DNA of 64,000 nucleotides from Obrimoposthia wandeli (taxonomy: Eukaryota). The stretch is from contig CDROCS010001209.1 in the NCBI GenBank assembly GCA_977020255.1, forward strand, positions 62,001 to 126,000, in the 5' to 3' direction. Of this stretch, positions 33,943-43,080 are shown piece after piece. Every line of letters starts with the position of its first letter. Within the stretch, counting starts at the first letter, position 1. Position numbers and translations under genes: made by a program. The notes beneath the pieces were generated by a model. That model did no database searches and had not been told where the DNA came from. It was given only the letters and a program-made list of their open reading frames with translations.

Positions 33943-34108
33943 TGGTACGCGAGCTGGGTTTAGAACGTCGTGAGACAGTTCGGTCCCCTATTCGCCGTGG
34001 GCGTTGGATGATTGAAGGGCTGCTCCTAGTACGAGGACCGGAGTGGACGAACCTCTGGTGTTCGGGTTGTTACGCCAGTAGCATTGCCCGGTAGCTAAGT
34101 TCGGAATC

Positions 34109-34139
<31 letters not shown>

Positions 34140-34276
34140 GAGCCCTGAGATGAGTCATCCCTGATACTATAAGTATCCTAAAGGGTTGTTGAAGACTACG
34201 ACGTTGATAGGCAGGGTGTGTAAGTGCTGCGAGGCATTGAGCTAACCTGTACTAATTGCCCGTGAGGCTTAACCAT
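31389..34276 (+). rRNA. rrl: 23S rRNA
   Basis: GGTTAAGTGACTAAGCG start, GAGGCTTAACCAT end, conserved core motifs; many small indels. Confidence 0.99.
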
Positions 34277-34411
34277 ACAACACCCAAGGGGTTTTTTACG
34301 GACTCCACGAACACTTGAATGGTGTTTGAGAACCATTGTTTGTTATCGAAAGATAAACTAGTTAGATTTTCCAAGATTGCTATTGCCAGCATTGCTGACA
34401 ATAAAAGAATT

Positions 34412-34531
34412 TGTCTGGCGACCATAGCGCTGTGGCTCCACCTGATCCCATGCCGAACTCAGAAGTGAAACGCAGTTGCGCCGATGGTAGTGTGGGGTCT
34501 CCCCATGTGAGAGTAGGGCATCGCCAGGCGC
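34412..34531 (+). rRNA. rrf: 5S rRNA
   Basis: TGTCTGGCGACCATAGC...CCGAACTCAGAAGTGAAAC...GATGGTAGTGTGGGG...GCCAGGC. Confidence 0.98.
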
Positions 34532-34631
34532 CCAATTCGTTTTCATTTTTTCTTTTAGAAAAGATAAAGACAAAAATAAAACGATAACCCGTTTTATTAT
34601 AAGTAATAGCATTATGCTGAATAGACACTGC

Positions 34632-34708
34632 GGAGTGGTAGTTCAGTTGGTTAGAATACCGGCCTGTCACGCCGGGGGTCGCGGGTTCGAGTCCCGTCCA
34701 CTCCGCCA
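34632..34708 (+). tRNA. tRNA-Asp (GTC)
   Basis: 77 nt, anticodon loop CTGTCAC, CCA. Confidence 0.97.
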
Positions 34709-34744
34709 TTTATTAAGACAAAGTTAAGTCTTTAAAATAACTAC

Positions 34745-34821
34745 AGGGGTGTAGCTCCAACTGGCAGAGCAGCGGATTCCAAATCCGCGTGTTGGGAGTT
34801 CGAATCTCTCCACCCCTGCCA
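34745..34821 (+). tRNA. tRNA-Trp (CCA)
   Basis: 77 nt, anticodon arm GCGGA-TTCCAAA-TCCGC, CCA. Confidence 0.97.
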
Positions 34822-34829
34822 TATTAAAG

Positions 34830-34860
34830 AAGGCTCATATCGAACGATATGAGCCTTTTT
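34830..34860 (+). terminator. rrn terminator 1
   Basis: AAGGCTCATATC-GAAC-GATATGAGCCTT-TTT. Confidence 0.9.
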
Positions 34861-34880
34861 GCTATCTGCAGCTAGAGAAA

Positions 34881-34946
34881 AGAGCAGCGGATTCCCCCAC
34901 CATCAGAACGCGCGTGTTGGGCGTTCGAATCTCTCCACCCCTGCCA
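34881..34946 (+). pseudogene. Degenerate partial duplicate of tRNA-Trp
   Basis: AGAGCAGCGGATTCC identical; AAATC replaced by 15 nt; last 36 nt match with one mismatch; no 5' acceptor strand. Confidence 0.85.
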
Positions 34947-34953
34947 TACAAAT

Positions 34954-34987
34954 AAAAAAACCTCAGCAGAAATACTGAGGATTTTTT
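34954..34987 (+). terminator. rrn terminator 2
   Basis: CCTCAG-CAGAAATA-CTGAGG flanked by A/T runs. Confidence 0.75.
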
Positions 34988-35006
34988 GTATTTGTAATAT
35001 GCATAT

Positions 35007-35174
35007 TATACCAATCTAGATAAGTCTCTGATCGTCCTTGCTGGTTAAAATTACTTATAACTACGTTAGAAATTTTATAATTAGAACCACTATTCACTGC
35101 AATTTCTGCCTTGTTATTATCAATTCTCTCTGCGCAATTATCTGACCATTTACTTACCTAGTAATAATGGTATT
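35007..35174. repeat. About 165-bp Vibrionaceae-type MITE-like palindromic repeat, degenerate
   Basis: TATACCAATCTAGATAAGT ... ACTTACCTAG(TAAT)AATGGTAT termini; internal GTTAGAAATTT / AATTTCTGCC arms. Confidence 0.65.
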
Positions 35175-35351
35175 ACTTTATATTTATCCATTAAATCTAA
35201 CTTGGATAAATAGAGTTAATCTTTTGTTGTGCCGATATTTTTGAAGAGACGCGAGATTATAACTTGGCTGATAAGGGAGAAAAAAGACTGCGCAGTGTAT
35301 TGCTTTAGTGGTATTGTGTGGGCCTTCTAGATATTGTCCTTGGGAGTTTTT

Positions 35352-35687
35352 ATGCCTCATCTCCGCTTTCGCGCTGTTGAATTTGATATAGTAAAAGTAT
35401 TATCAACAGCTTTAGTGGATGTTCTTCAACCACTTATGGCGTGTTCTCGCGAAGATTTTACTCTCGAACATATTCCTGCGTCATTTATCTTTGATGGCGA
35501 AGTATCTGATGCGTATCCGTTTGTTGAAGTCTTATGGTTTGATCGAGGACAAATAGTTCAAGATCAAGTTGCGAATATTATTACACAGGCAATCCGTTCA
35601 GCTCTACAAGATAACGACCAAGATGTTGCCGTTATATTTTCATCTTTAACGCCAAGTGCTTATTACGATAACGGCGAACATTATTAA
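35352..35687 (+). CDS. DUF1904 family protein
   Basis: 'MPHLRFRAV...FTLEH...YPFVEVLWFDRGQ...YYDNGEHY'; ATG 35352 after GGAG. Confidence 0.8.
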   Translation: MPHLRFRAVEFDIVKVLSTALVDVLQPLMACSREDFTLEHIPASFIFDGEVSDAYPFVEVLWFDRGQIVQDQVANIITQAIRSALQDNDQDVAVIFSSLTPSAYYDNGEHY

Positions 35688-35766
35688 GCCATAGCCTTTC
35701 TTATTATTCTCACTTTATAGCCGTTCCTATTGCTAGGGACAATGTCGATTTAAAAAGGTCGTTATC

Positions 35767-36618
35767 ATGGCGCGTTACGCAAAAGTTGTTGCTGGGTTTG
35801 GGGTTGTTGCTGGTGTATTAGGTTTTGGGGCATTTAATGCATCATTTGACGTTTCAACAGCACCTGAAATAAGTGCTGAAGTGCTTGCGCCACAATCTTC
35901 ATTTAGCTGTATTGATAGCATACAGAGGTTACCATTAGACCAAGATGGTACTTTCACTGTTTCTGTTTGGAATATTTATAAACAACAGCGTGAAAACTGG
36001 CGTACTGCGTTAGAGACATTCTCTCGTGATAGTGACTTGGTCTTGTTACAAGAAGCAAGCTTGAACCTTGATTTACAATCTTACCTTGAAGGTAGTGAGT
36101 GGAAGGTACGTATGGCCAACGCTTTTAAATTTATGAATACACCTGCTGGTGTAATGAATTTATCTAATGTCGAAGCCAAAAAAACGTGTGCTTACTTGGC
36201 AATGGAACCGTGGTTACGATTACCTAAATCAGCATTATTATCACAATTTTCTTTATCAAACGGGCAAACTTTAGCTGTGGTTAATTTACACGGTGTGAAC
36301 TTTTCGATTGGCCTAGATGAATATAAAGCACAGCTTGAAAGCTTGAAAGCTGTTCTTACAAAGCATACTGGTCCGATAATTTTAGCAGGAGACTTTAATA
36401 CTTGGCGTCAGGGAAGAATTGATGTGTTGAAGGTGTTTGCACGGTCATTACAGTTATCGGAAGTTATGTTGCGAAAAGATCAACGAATAAAGGTATTGGG
36501 TAAGCCATTGGATCATGTCTATTACCGAGGGTTGCGTGTGGTTGCGGCTGAAGCACCGAAAACCGATGCTTCAGATCATAACCCGATTATTGCCACATTT
36601 AGGCTACTAAAATCATAA
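35767..36618 (+). CDS. yafD: Endonuclease/exonuclease/phosphatase family protein (YafD-like)
   Basis: 'VWNIYK', 'LLQEA', 'AGDFNTW', 'LDHVYY', 'SDHNP'; synteny. Confidence 0.85.
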   Translation: MARYAKVVAGFGVVAGVLGFGAFNASFDVSTAPEISAEVLAPQSSFSCIDSIQRLPLDQDGTFTVSVWNIYKQQRENWRTALETFSRDSDLVLLQEASLNLDLQSYLEGSEWKVRMANAFKFMNTPAGVMNLSNVEAKKTCAYLAMEPWLRLPKSALLSQFSLSNGQTLAVVNLHGVNFSIGLDEYKAQLESLKAVLTKHTGPIILAGDFNTWRQGRIDVLKVFARSLQLSEVMLRKDQRIKVLGKPLDHVYYRGLRVVAAEAPKTDASDHNPIIATFRLLKS

Positions 36619-37288
36619 GTGGCCAGATGATCAAGGTAAGTAACCATGGTAAAGTGGCAACAATGATAGCTTTTGCACGATCAAAGTCAGTCCATGCCAC
36701 CACTGCTGTATAAGTAAGCGCAATATACCAAGGTGCAAGTAAAGGAACCGTTGTGGTAAAGGGCGCCCAAGAGTGGTTAAGCGGCAATTTTAGTAAGCCA
36801 TTTAAGCTATTTAAATCTGCTGCATTAGGCATGATATTGTTTGTATTAAAAATGATATTGGTAAAACTTGCGATATCACCAACAAAGGTGGGAAGCATGA
36901 TAAAGCACGATGCAGCTAACCACTTCCCATAACTGTGCTTATAACTATTGCCTTTAGTTGAAAGGTTGAGCCAAAGTGCGAGTACAAAAATACAGACAGT
37001 TCGCCCAAAAATATCACTGAAAATTTCACCCGCAATCAATACATCTTGTGTTAGCCAATTTTGCTCAATTAATTGATCATTATTTGATAATTGAGTCATC
37101 AATACCTGTTGCAGCCATGCCATATCGACATTATCAAAGTAGCTGAACCATACGAAGAATGGGCTTAAGATTATGATTAAATACGGGATAAACGCCCACT
37201 TAGGGCGTTCGTAGATTGCAGCAAAACAATCGATAGGTGAGCGAAGTAAATCAAATAGTGCGACGAATGGATTTCTAGAAGGTGTCAT
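36599..37288 (-). CDS. YIP1-domain membrane protein
   Basis: 'SPIDCFAAIYERPKW' N-terminus, about 5 TM helices. Confidence 0.7.
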   Translation of the reverse strand: MTPSRNPFVALFDLLRSPIDCFAAIYERPKWAFIPYLIIILSPFFVWFSYFDNVDMAWLQQVLMTQLSNNDQLIEQNWLTQDVLIAGEIFSDIFGRTVCIFVLALWLNLSTKGNSYKHSYGKWLAASCFIMLPTFVGDIASFTNIIFNTNNIMPNAADLNSLNGLLKLPLNHSWAPFTTTVPLLAPWYIALTYTAVVAWTDFDRAKAIIVATLPWLLTLIIWPLMILVA

Positions 37289-38856
37289 ACACTTACCTTC
37301 GTTACATCAACATACAGCTTCAACTTTTGTCCAGGTTTTAAGTATTTATTTGCGTTGATTTGGTTCCATTTCACAACATCTGATACCTTGACGTGAAAGC
37401 GTTGTGCTATCAGGCTGAGATTATCACCTTGACGGATCTCATAAAAGACAGTGCGAATGACACCACCTTTGTTTTGATCTTTCCAAATATTAAGTTTCTG
37501 CCCTATCTTGAGGGGACTACTTTTATTTAGATTATTCCACTTTGTAATCTGTTCAATAGAGACTTTTTGATTACGAGCGATTGTCCATAGGTTATCACCT
37601 GATTTAACTTGATACGTTGTTCTGTAACCACTGCCATGACTTTGTTGAGTACGAGTCTGCTGCATTTGACCTGTTGAGGTAAATTCAGCACCACTCTTCA
37701 TTGCGACAGGGATCAGTAAATGTTTACCAACACGAATGTTGGTTGTGCTCATTTTGTTCGCTCGCTGGATTTCTTTAACAGAAGTCTTATGTTTTGCTGC
37801 CAGTCCACCTAACGTATCACCAGGTTTTACTTTATAGCGAACGACCTTCATCCCTTGATTGCCACTTTGGGCTAGCTTTGTATTAAATATATCGACTTTT
37901 TTAATGGGTAGAAGTAGATGAGTGTGATTATCAGGGGCTGTTGCCCATTGGTTATAGGCAGGATTTAAGTTTTGAAGATCAGTGACATTCATTGTTGCAT
38001 ATTGAGCAGCTAGCGCAAGATCCATCTGAATGCCTGGTTCCACAACTTTAATTACAGGTTTATTAGCAATCGCTGGAATGTCGAAACCATATTTTTTACT
38101 GTTTTTGATGACGTCAGCTACAGCATACAGTTTAGGTACATAACCACTGGTTTCTTTCGGTAAATCTAGCGACCAGAAATCTGTTGGTTTACCTGCTGCT
38201 TTATTTTTACGAATCGCTCTGAAAACACGGCCTTCGCCGGTGTTATAAGCTGCTAATGCATGTTGCCAGTTACCATCGAATTTACGATTCAGATATTCTA
38301 ATAAATCCAGAGCGGCCCGTGTAGACTCTACAACATCGCGTCGACCGTCATACCACCAATTTTGCTCAAGACCAAAGCTACGGCCTGTTGGGGGCGTAAT
38401 TTGCCATAGGCCTGCAGCACTGCCATGAGAATAGGCAAATTGATCAAATGAACTTTCAACAATCGGCAATAAAGCTAGCTCAAGAGGCAGATCGCGCTTT
38501 TCAATTTCTTCGGTAATGAAATACAGAAAAGGTTCAGCACGTTTAGCGACGGTTCTAAGGTGGGCTGGGTTTTTTAAATACCAATTACGGTAATATTGTA
38601 CTTGTTTATTATTGGGGATATCAGTTGTGATCTGCATGCTGATACGCTGCCACACATCACTTTGTTCTTGAGGTGTTGGTGCTTTTTCTTTAACGATCGG
38701 TTGTACCGTTATTTGTTGTTGTATTTCTAAGGCTGGTTGTTCAGAAATATGTTCAGGCTTGTCGGTTTTATTCGTTTCAGCCTGTTTTTCTGTTGTATTT
38801 GTAATTTGGCAACCAGCCAGTAATAGCGCACTCGCTAGTAAAATTCGTGACTTCAT
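37285..38856 (-). CDS. mltD: Membrane-bound lytic transglycosylase D
   Basis: Lipobox LAGC, SLT 'IVESSF', 'AGLWQ', 'AAYNTG', three LysM repeats. Confidence 0.93.
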   Translation of the reverse strand: MKSRILLASALLLAGCQITNTTEKQAETNKTDKPEHISEQPALEIQQQITVQPIVKEKAPTPQEQSDVWQRISMQITTDIPNNKQVQYYRNWYLKNPAHLRTVAKRAEPFLYFITEEIEKRDLPLELALLPIVESSFDQFAYSHGSAAGLWQITPPTGRSFGLEQNWWYDGRRDVVESTRAALDLLEYLNRKFDGNWQHALAAYNTGEGRVFRAIRKNKAAGKPTDFWSLDLPKETSGYVPKLYAVADVIKNSKKYGFDIPAIANKPVIKVVEPGIQMDLALAAQYATMNVTDLQNLNPAYNQWATAPDNHTHLLLPIKKVDIFNTKLAQSGNQGMKVVRYKVKPGDTLGGLAAKHKTSVKEIQRANKMSTTNIRVGKHLLIPVAMKSGAEFTSTGQMQQTRTQQSHGSGYRTTYQVKSGDNLWTIARNQKVSIEQITKWNNLNKSSPLKIGQKLNIWKDQNKGGVIRTVFYEIRQGDNLSLIAQRFHVKVSDVVKWNQINANKYLKPGQKLKLYVDVTKVSV

Positions 38857-38926
38857 GACATCTGCTTATAGCCAAAGAGGTTGGTGATAATACTTGCCCA
38901 ACCCCCAATGTTACAAGTGACCTGAA

Positions 38927-39685
38927 TCAAAAATTATCTTTCCATCTTCTTAGTGCGGCGAATGTTTCAAGGTCGCTGTCGTCAAATGCTTTATCTGCAA
39001 CAGATTTTTTGATACTTAGCTGCTCACAGCGTAAAAATGGGTTAACTAACTTTTCTTGTCGTAATGTGGACGGGATCGTACTAATACCTTGTGCTCTCAT
39101 ACGACTTACATCTTCACGGTAACGTTGTAAGTGAGGATTATCTTGTTCAGCTACTAGTGCAAAGGCCAGATTACTCGATGTGTATTCATGTGCGCAGTAG
39201 ATTTCAGTTTCATCAGGAAGAGCGGCAAGCTTCTTTAATGACTGAAACATTTGTGCTGGAGTTCCTTCAAATAAACGCCCACAACCAACAGAGAACAGTG
39301 TATCACCACAAAATAGTTTGCCATCACCGACATAGGCTACATGCCCAAGTGTATGACCGGGAACGCCTAGTACCATAAAACGTTCACCAAACAGTTCTAC
39401 TTGATCGCCATCTTCAACAGATTGGGATATACCAGGAATGGGCTCTGAAGCGGGACCGACAACATTAAGGTTAGGGTAATGGCGTTTGAGCTCACTGATC
39501 CCCCCTATATGATCATGATGGTGGTGGGTAATAAGAATGGCATCAAGGGTGAGTGACTGTTCTTCTAATACCTTGAGCACAGGTGTGGCATCACCAGGGT
39601 CAACAACAACGCAATGATTGTGTGAGTTGTGAATAAGCCAGATGTAATTGTCATTAAATGCGGGTATGCTTTGAACAGTTAACAT
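38927..39685 (-). CDS. gloB: Hydroxyacylglutathione hydrolase
   Basis: '[10 protein letters not shown]', 'PGHTLGH', 'FCGDTLF', 'CAHEYT'; probable start 39685. Confidence 0.96.
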   Translation of the reverse strand: MLTVQSIPAFNDNYIWLIHNSHNHCVVVDPGDATPVLKVLEEQSLTLDAILITHHHHDHIGGISELKRHYPNLNVVGPASEPIPGISQSVEDGDQVELFGERFMVLGVPGHTLGHVAYVGDGKLFCGDTLFSVGCGRLFEGTPAQMFQSLKKLAALPDETEIYCAHEYTSSNLAFALVAEQDNPHLQRYREDVSRMRAQGISTIPSTLRQEKLVNPFLRCEQLSIKKSVADKAFDDSDLETFAALRRWKDNF

Positions 39686-39726
39686 GAATTTCTTCTCCAG
39701 CCTTTTTAAGGTGTTGAGCAATAATT

Positions 39727-40470
39727 ATGAAGCCAGCACGGACATTAAAACATATTGAAGCCCCTTATTCATGGTCGCAAGTCGCGAACGGTGAATGGGC
39801 GGTTGAATTGCTTCAGTCTCGACTTGATGAGTGGTCGCCGAAACTATTTGGCTACCATATGTTAAAACTTGGTGGCTTAAGCTGTGAGCTAGCAAGCCCA
39901 CATTGTAACATTCAACATCAGATATGTATTGATAAGCATAATCCGCTACACAATGTCATTGCTGATTCTTTTGACTTACCGTTTATTGAAAAGTCTTTTG
40001 ATGCTTGCTTAGTTAGCCATCAACTTGACTATTGCTCTGATCCACACCGTCTACTTCGTGAAGTTGATAGAGTGACTGTTGATGATGGGTATTTACTGTT
40101 AACCGGGCATAATCCCGTTAGTATTCTTGGTGTTAAAGGTTTGCTGCCATGGAATCGAAAGAAATACCCATGGCTAGGTCGAATGTTTATGCCATACCGA
40201 GTAAAAGATTGGTTAGGTGTGCTGAATTATGAAGTTGTTCATCATGAGAATTTTGCCGTATTACCGGCAACAAAGCATTTAGCGTGCTCTGCTTGGGCAG
40301 AAAGTATGTTGTCTGACTCATGTTCAATGATTGGCAGTATGTATTTTATTGTTGCACGAAAGCGTACATTTCCTTTAAAGCCTATAAAACCGACATGGAA
40401 ATTACGTCGTCAATTATCACCATTGAGAGTCAATTGCCGAACAAAAGCTAATCAGAATATACCTGATTAG
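39727..40470 (+). CDS. yafS: Class I SAM-dependent methyltransferase (YafS-like)
   Basis: 'FGYHMLKLG', 'LPF...SFD', 'DPHRLLREVDRV'; between gloB and rnhA. Confidence 0.85.
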   Translation: MKPARTLKHIEAPYSWSQVANGEWAVELLQSRLDEWSPKLFGYHMLKLGGLSCELASPHCNIQHQICIDKHNPLHNVIADSFDLPFIEKSFDACLVSHQLDYCSDPHRLLREVDRVTVDDGYLLLTGHNPVSILGVKGLLPWNRKKYPWLGRMFMPYRVKDWLGVLNYEVVHHENFAVLPATKHLACSAWAESMLSDSCSMIGSMYFIVARKRTFPLKPIKPTWKLRRQLSPLRVNCRTKANQNIPD

Positions 40471-40528
40471 CTTTTATTCAATATGGTGTGGCTGACGTGC
40501 ATATTGCAGAGGACGCAGTAACCGTAGG

Positions 40529-40999
40529 CTACGGCTCTGGATTATAGCCAGAGTCATCTTGAGTTGGCTTTTCTGCGGCATCACGGGCTAAAACATCACA
40601 GCGTTCATTTTCAACATGACCGGCATGGCCTTTAACCCAGTGCCAGTTGACGACGATATGACGTTGAGTTTCTACATCAAGACGTTGCCACAGATCTGCA
40701 TTTTTGACGGGTCTTTTATCTGCCGTCTTCCATCCACGTTTTTTCCAATTGTGAATCCATTGTGTGATACCTTGGCGAACATATTGGCTATCAGTGGTTA
40801 ATTCAACATGACATGGTTCTTTTAGATTCGACAATCCAACGATGGCAGCCAATAACTCCATTCGATTGTTGGTTGTCATGAAAAAGCCCTCACTCAGTTC
40901 TTTTTCATGCTGCTTATAACGTAAAACGGTACCATATCCGCCCGGTCCCGGATTACCTAAACAAGAACCATCGGTGAAAACCTCTACCTGCTTCGTCAT
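40529..40999 (-). CDS. rnhA: Ribonuclease HI
   Basis: '[13 protein letters not shown]', 'TTNNRMEL', 'WVKGHAGH', 'NERCD'. Confidence 0.98.
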   Translation of the reverse strand: MTKQVEVFTDGSCLGNPGPGGYGTVLRYKQHEKELSEGFFMTTNNRMELLAAIVGLSNLKEPCHVELTTDSQYVRQGITQWIHNWKKRGWKTADKRPVKNADLWQRLDVETQRHIVVNWHWVKGHAGHVENERCDVLARDAAEKPTQDDSGYNPEP

Positions 41000-41038
41000 A
41001 TTTGATAGTATTCGCTATAGGAAAAACTTTAGTCTGAC

Positions 41039-41779
41039 ATGAACGCCACTATGAAAGCCACTAACCAAAGAATTATTGTACTCGATACCGAAACAACCGG
41101 TATGAATATGGCGGGCCCTCATTACGAAGGGCATTGCATTATTGAAATCGGTGCGGTTGAGATCATCAACCGTAAACTGACAGGAAATAGTTTCCACGTT
41201 TATATCAAACCCGATCGAACCATTGAGGTGGAAGCAATAGGTGTTCACGGTATTACCGATGAATTTCTAATTGGTAAACCTGTCTATAAAGAGGTTCATG
41301 ACGAATTTCTTGAGTTCATCAAGGGGGCTGAACTTGTTGCTCATAACGCACCCTTTGATGTCGGCTTTATGGATTATGAATTCAGAAAGCTAAACCCAAA
41401 TATCGGTAAAACAGTCGATTTTTGTAAGGTTACCGATACGCTGGCAATGGCGAAGAAGATCTTCCCAGGAAAGCGTAATAACCTTGATATTCTTTGTTCG
41501 CGCTATGGTATAGATAACTCGCACCGAACGCTTCACGGCGCATTACTCGATGCCGAGATCTTGGCTGATGTATACCTGTTAATGACAGGTGGGCAAACAT
41601 CTCTCGCATTAAGTGCTGAACGTGAAGATCGTGATGCTGGTACAGAAAGTGAAATTAAGCGTATAGCTTCTGGGCGTAAATCATTAAAGGTTTTATGTGC
41701 CTCTGCCGATGAAATAGAAGCGCATGAATCGCGTTTGGATATCATCAGTAAAAAGAGTGACGTCATGTGGCGTCAATAG
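41039..41779 (+). CDS. dnaQ: DNA polymerase III epsilon subunit
   Basis: 'LDTETTG', 'HNAPFD', 'HGALLDA'; start may be 41051. Confidence 0.98.
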   Translation: MNATMKATNQRIIVLDTETTGMNMAGPHYEGHCIIEIGAVEIINRKLTGNSFHVYIKPDRTIEVEAIGVHGITDEFLIGKPVYKEVHDEFLEFIKGAELVAHNAPFDVGFMDYEFRKLNPNIGKTVDFCKVTDTLAMAKKIFPGKRNNLDILCSRYGIDNSHRTLHGALLDAEILADVYLLMTGGQTSLALSAEREDRDAGTESEIKRIASGRKSLKVLCASADEIEAHESRLDIISKKSDVMWRQ

Positions 41780-41786
41780 GGGACCT

Positions 41787-43028
41787 ATGCTGCAGCGGTT
41801 ATTACTTCTAGCGATATTATTGCCAGTACTCTCTTGGGCTAAAACCAGTACTGAAATGTCGTGGCTAGATAATCGTTTTCGAGTCGACCCTACGGTTGAA
41901 CAAGTTTCCTTCATTGTACAGAGGGAGAACCCTAGTAGCTCTGTGGTACTTGTTCGCCCTGATGGCTCTAAATATTATTCTTGGCGCCACCCTAAAAACC
42001 TTTCTTGGTATGAAGAGTCGGGAATGGATATCATTTCCATTGAAAATCCTATGCCCGGTCCATGGCAAGCAATAGGTAAAGTGGCATCCAATAATCAAGT
42101 GAAAGTGTTATCTAATTTAAAACTTGATATTGATAATTTACCTTCCCGTTTATATCAATCAGAAACCCTGAAATTCACTGCTCGCCTAACAAATAAAGGA
42201 GAGCTACTGACGGATCGAGATTTTATCGATCGCATCAAACTGACTGTCGTTTTATATGAGTATGTTGAGAATGTAGATACGTTACCTAAAGAAGCTCAAC
42301 CTCAGCCTATTGTTATTGGTGAATTTTCTGATGATGGTACTGGATTTGATGAGCGTCCTGGTGATGGCATATTTACTATAGCTTTACCTATTGATGTATT
42401 GCCGGGTAAATACCGCGTAAAGATAGCTTCTCGCAATGGCATTTTTCTACGTACGGTAGAACAAGAAGTACTGATCTATCCGCCTCCGATGACAGTAAGC
42501 TTTATTCAAGGGCGGGATCGTAATGAAGCGCATCAGTTAGCCGTTACCACTGAAAAAGGTGCACTTGTTTCAGGATCACTTGCAGCACATATTGAACAAG
42601 AGAGCCCTGATGGGAATATAACGATTAGCCAAGGGCATGCGATGCAGGATGAAGATGGATTACGCGTAACCATCCCTAATGATCAAGAGCCTGGTGGTTA
42701 TAGTTGGTCAGGTTGGCTGTATGCAACAGATAATTTAAGTGGAAGAGAGTTAATCTTCTCTTTACCCAAAAGTCACTTTGCCGTACTCGCTGAATTACAA
42801 CTGGATCAAAACCTCGAACTATTTCGTTCACAGCAAGAAGCTAAAGCGTTAGCGATAGAACAAAAACGATTGGATAAAGAACGTAAGACTGCACGTTCTA
42901 AAGCGCTTAAGATTATGATGATATCTAATACTGTTGTTATTATTCTAGTGATTATTGGTGTGATATTGTGGCGCAAGCGGAAATTTAAAAAAGCCTTAGA
43001 GAAAGAATCGTTGGTGCTGCCGACCTAG
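41787..43028 (+). CDS. TIGR03503-type exported, C-terminally anchored protein
   Basis: Signal peptide, 'LDNRFRVDP', 'IENPMPGPWQA', C-terminal TM plus basic tail; follows dnaQ. Confidence 0.75.
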   Translation: MLQRLLLLAILLPVLSWAKTSTEMSWLDNRFRVDPTVEQVSFIVQRENPSSSVVLVRPDGSKYYSWRHPKNLSWYEESGMDIISIENPMPGPWQAIGKVASNNQVKVLSNLKLDIDNLPSRLYQSETLKFTARLTNKGELLTDRDFIDRIKLTVVLYEYVENVDTLPKEAQPQPIVIGEFSDDGTGFDERPGDGIFTIALPIDVLPGKYRVKIASRNGIFLRTVEQEVLIYPPPMTVSFIQGRDRNEAHQLAVTTEKGALVSGSLAAHIEQESPDGNITISQGHAMQDEDGLRVTIPNDQEPGGYSWSGWLYATDNLSGRELIFSLPKSHFAVLAELQLDQNLELFRSQQEAKALAIEQKRLDKERKTARSKALKIMMISNTVVIILVIIGVILWRKRKFKKALEKESLVLPT

Positions 43029-43080
43029 ACAATAGCGTGAATGGTCATCCTTAAGGATAAAAAAAGGGAAGCTAAGTGCT

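Noticed and set aside
29309-34709. About 20 short ORFs on both strands in the track
   Set aside because: All lie inside 16S/23S/5S rRNA and tRNA genes; shadow ORFs
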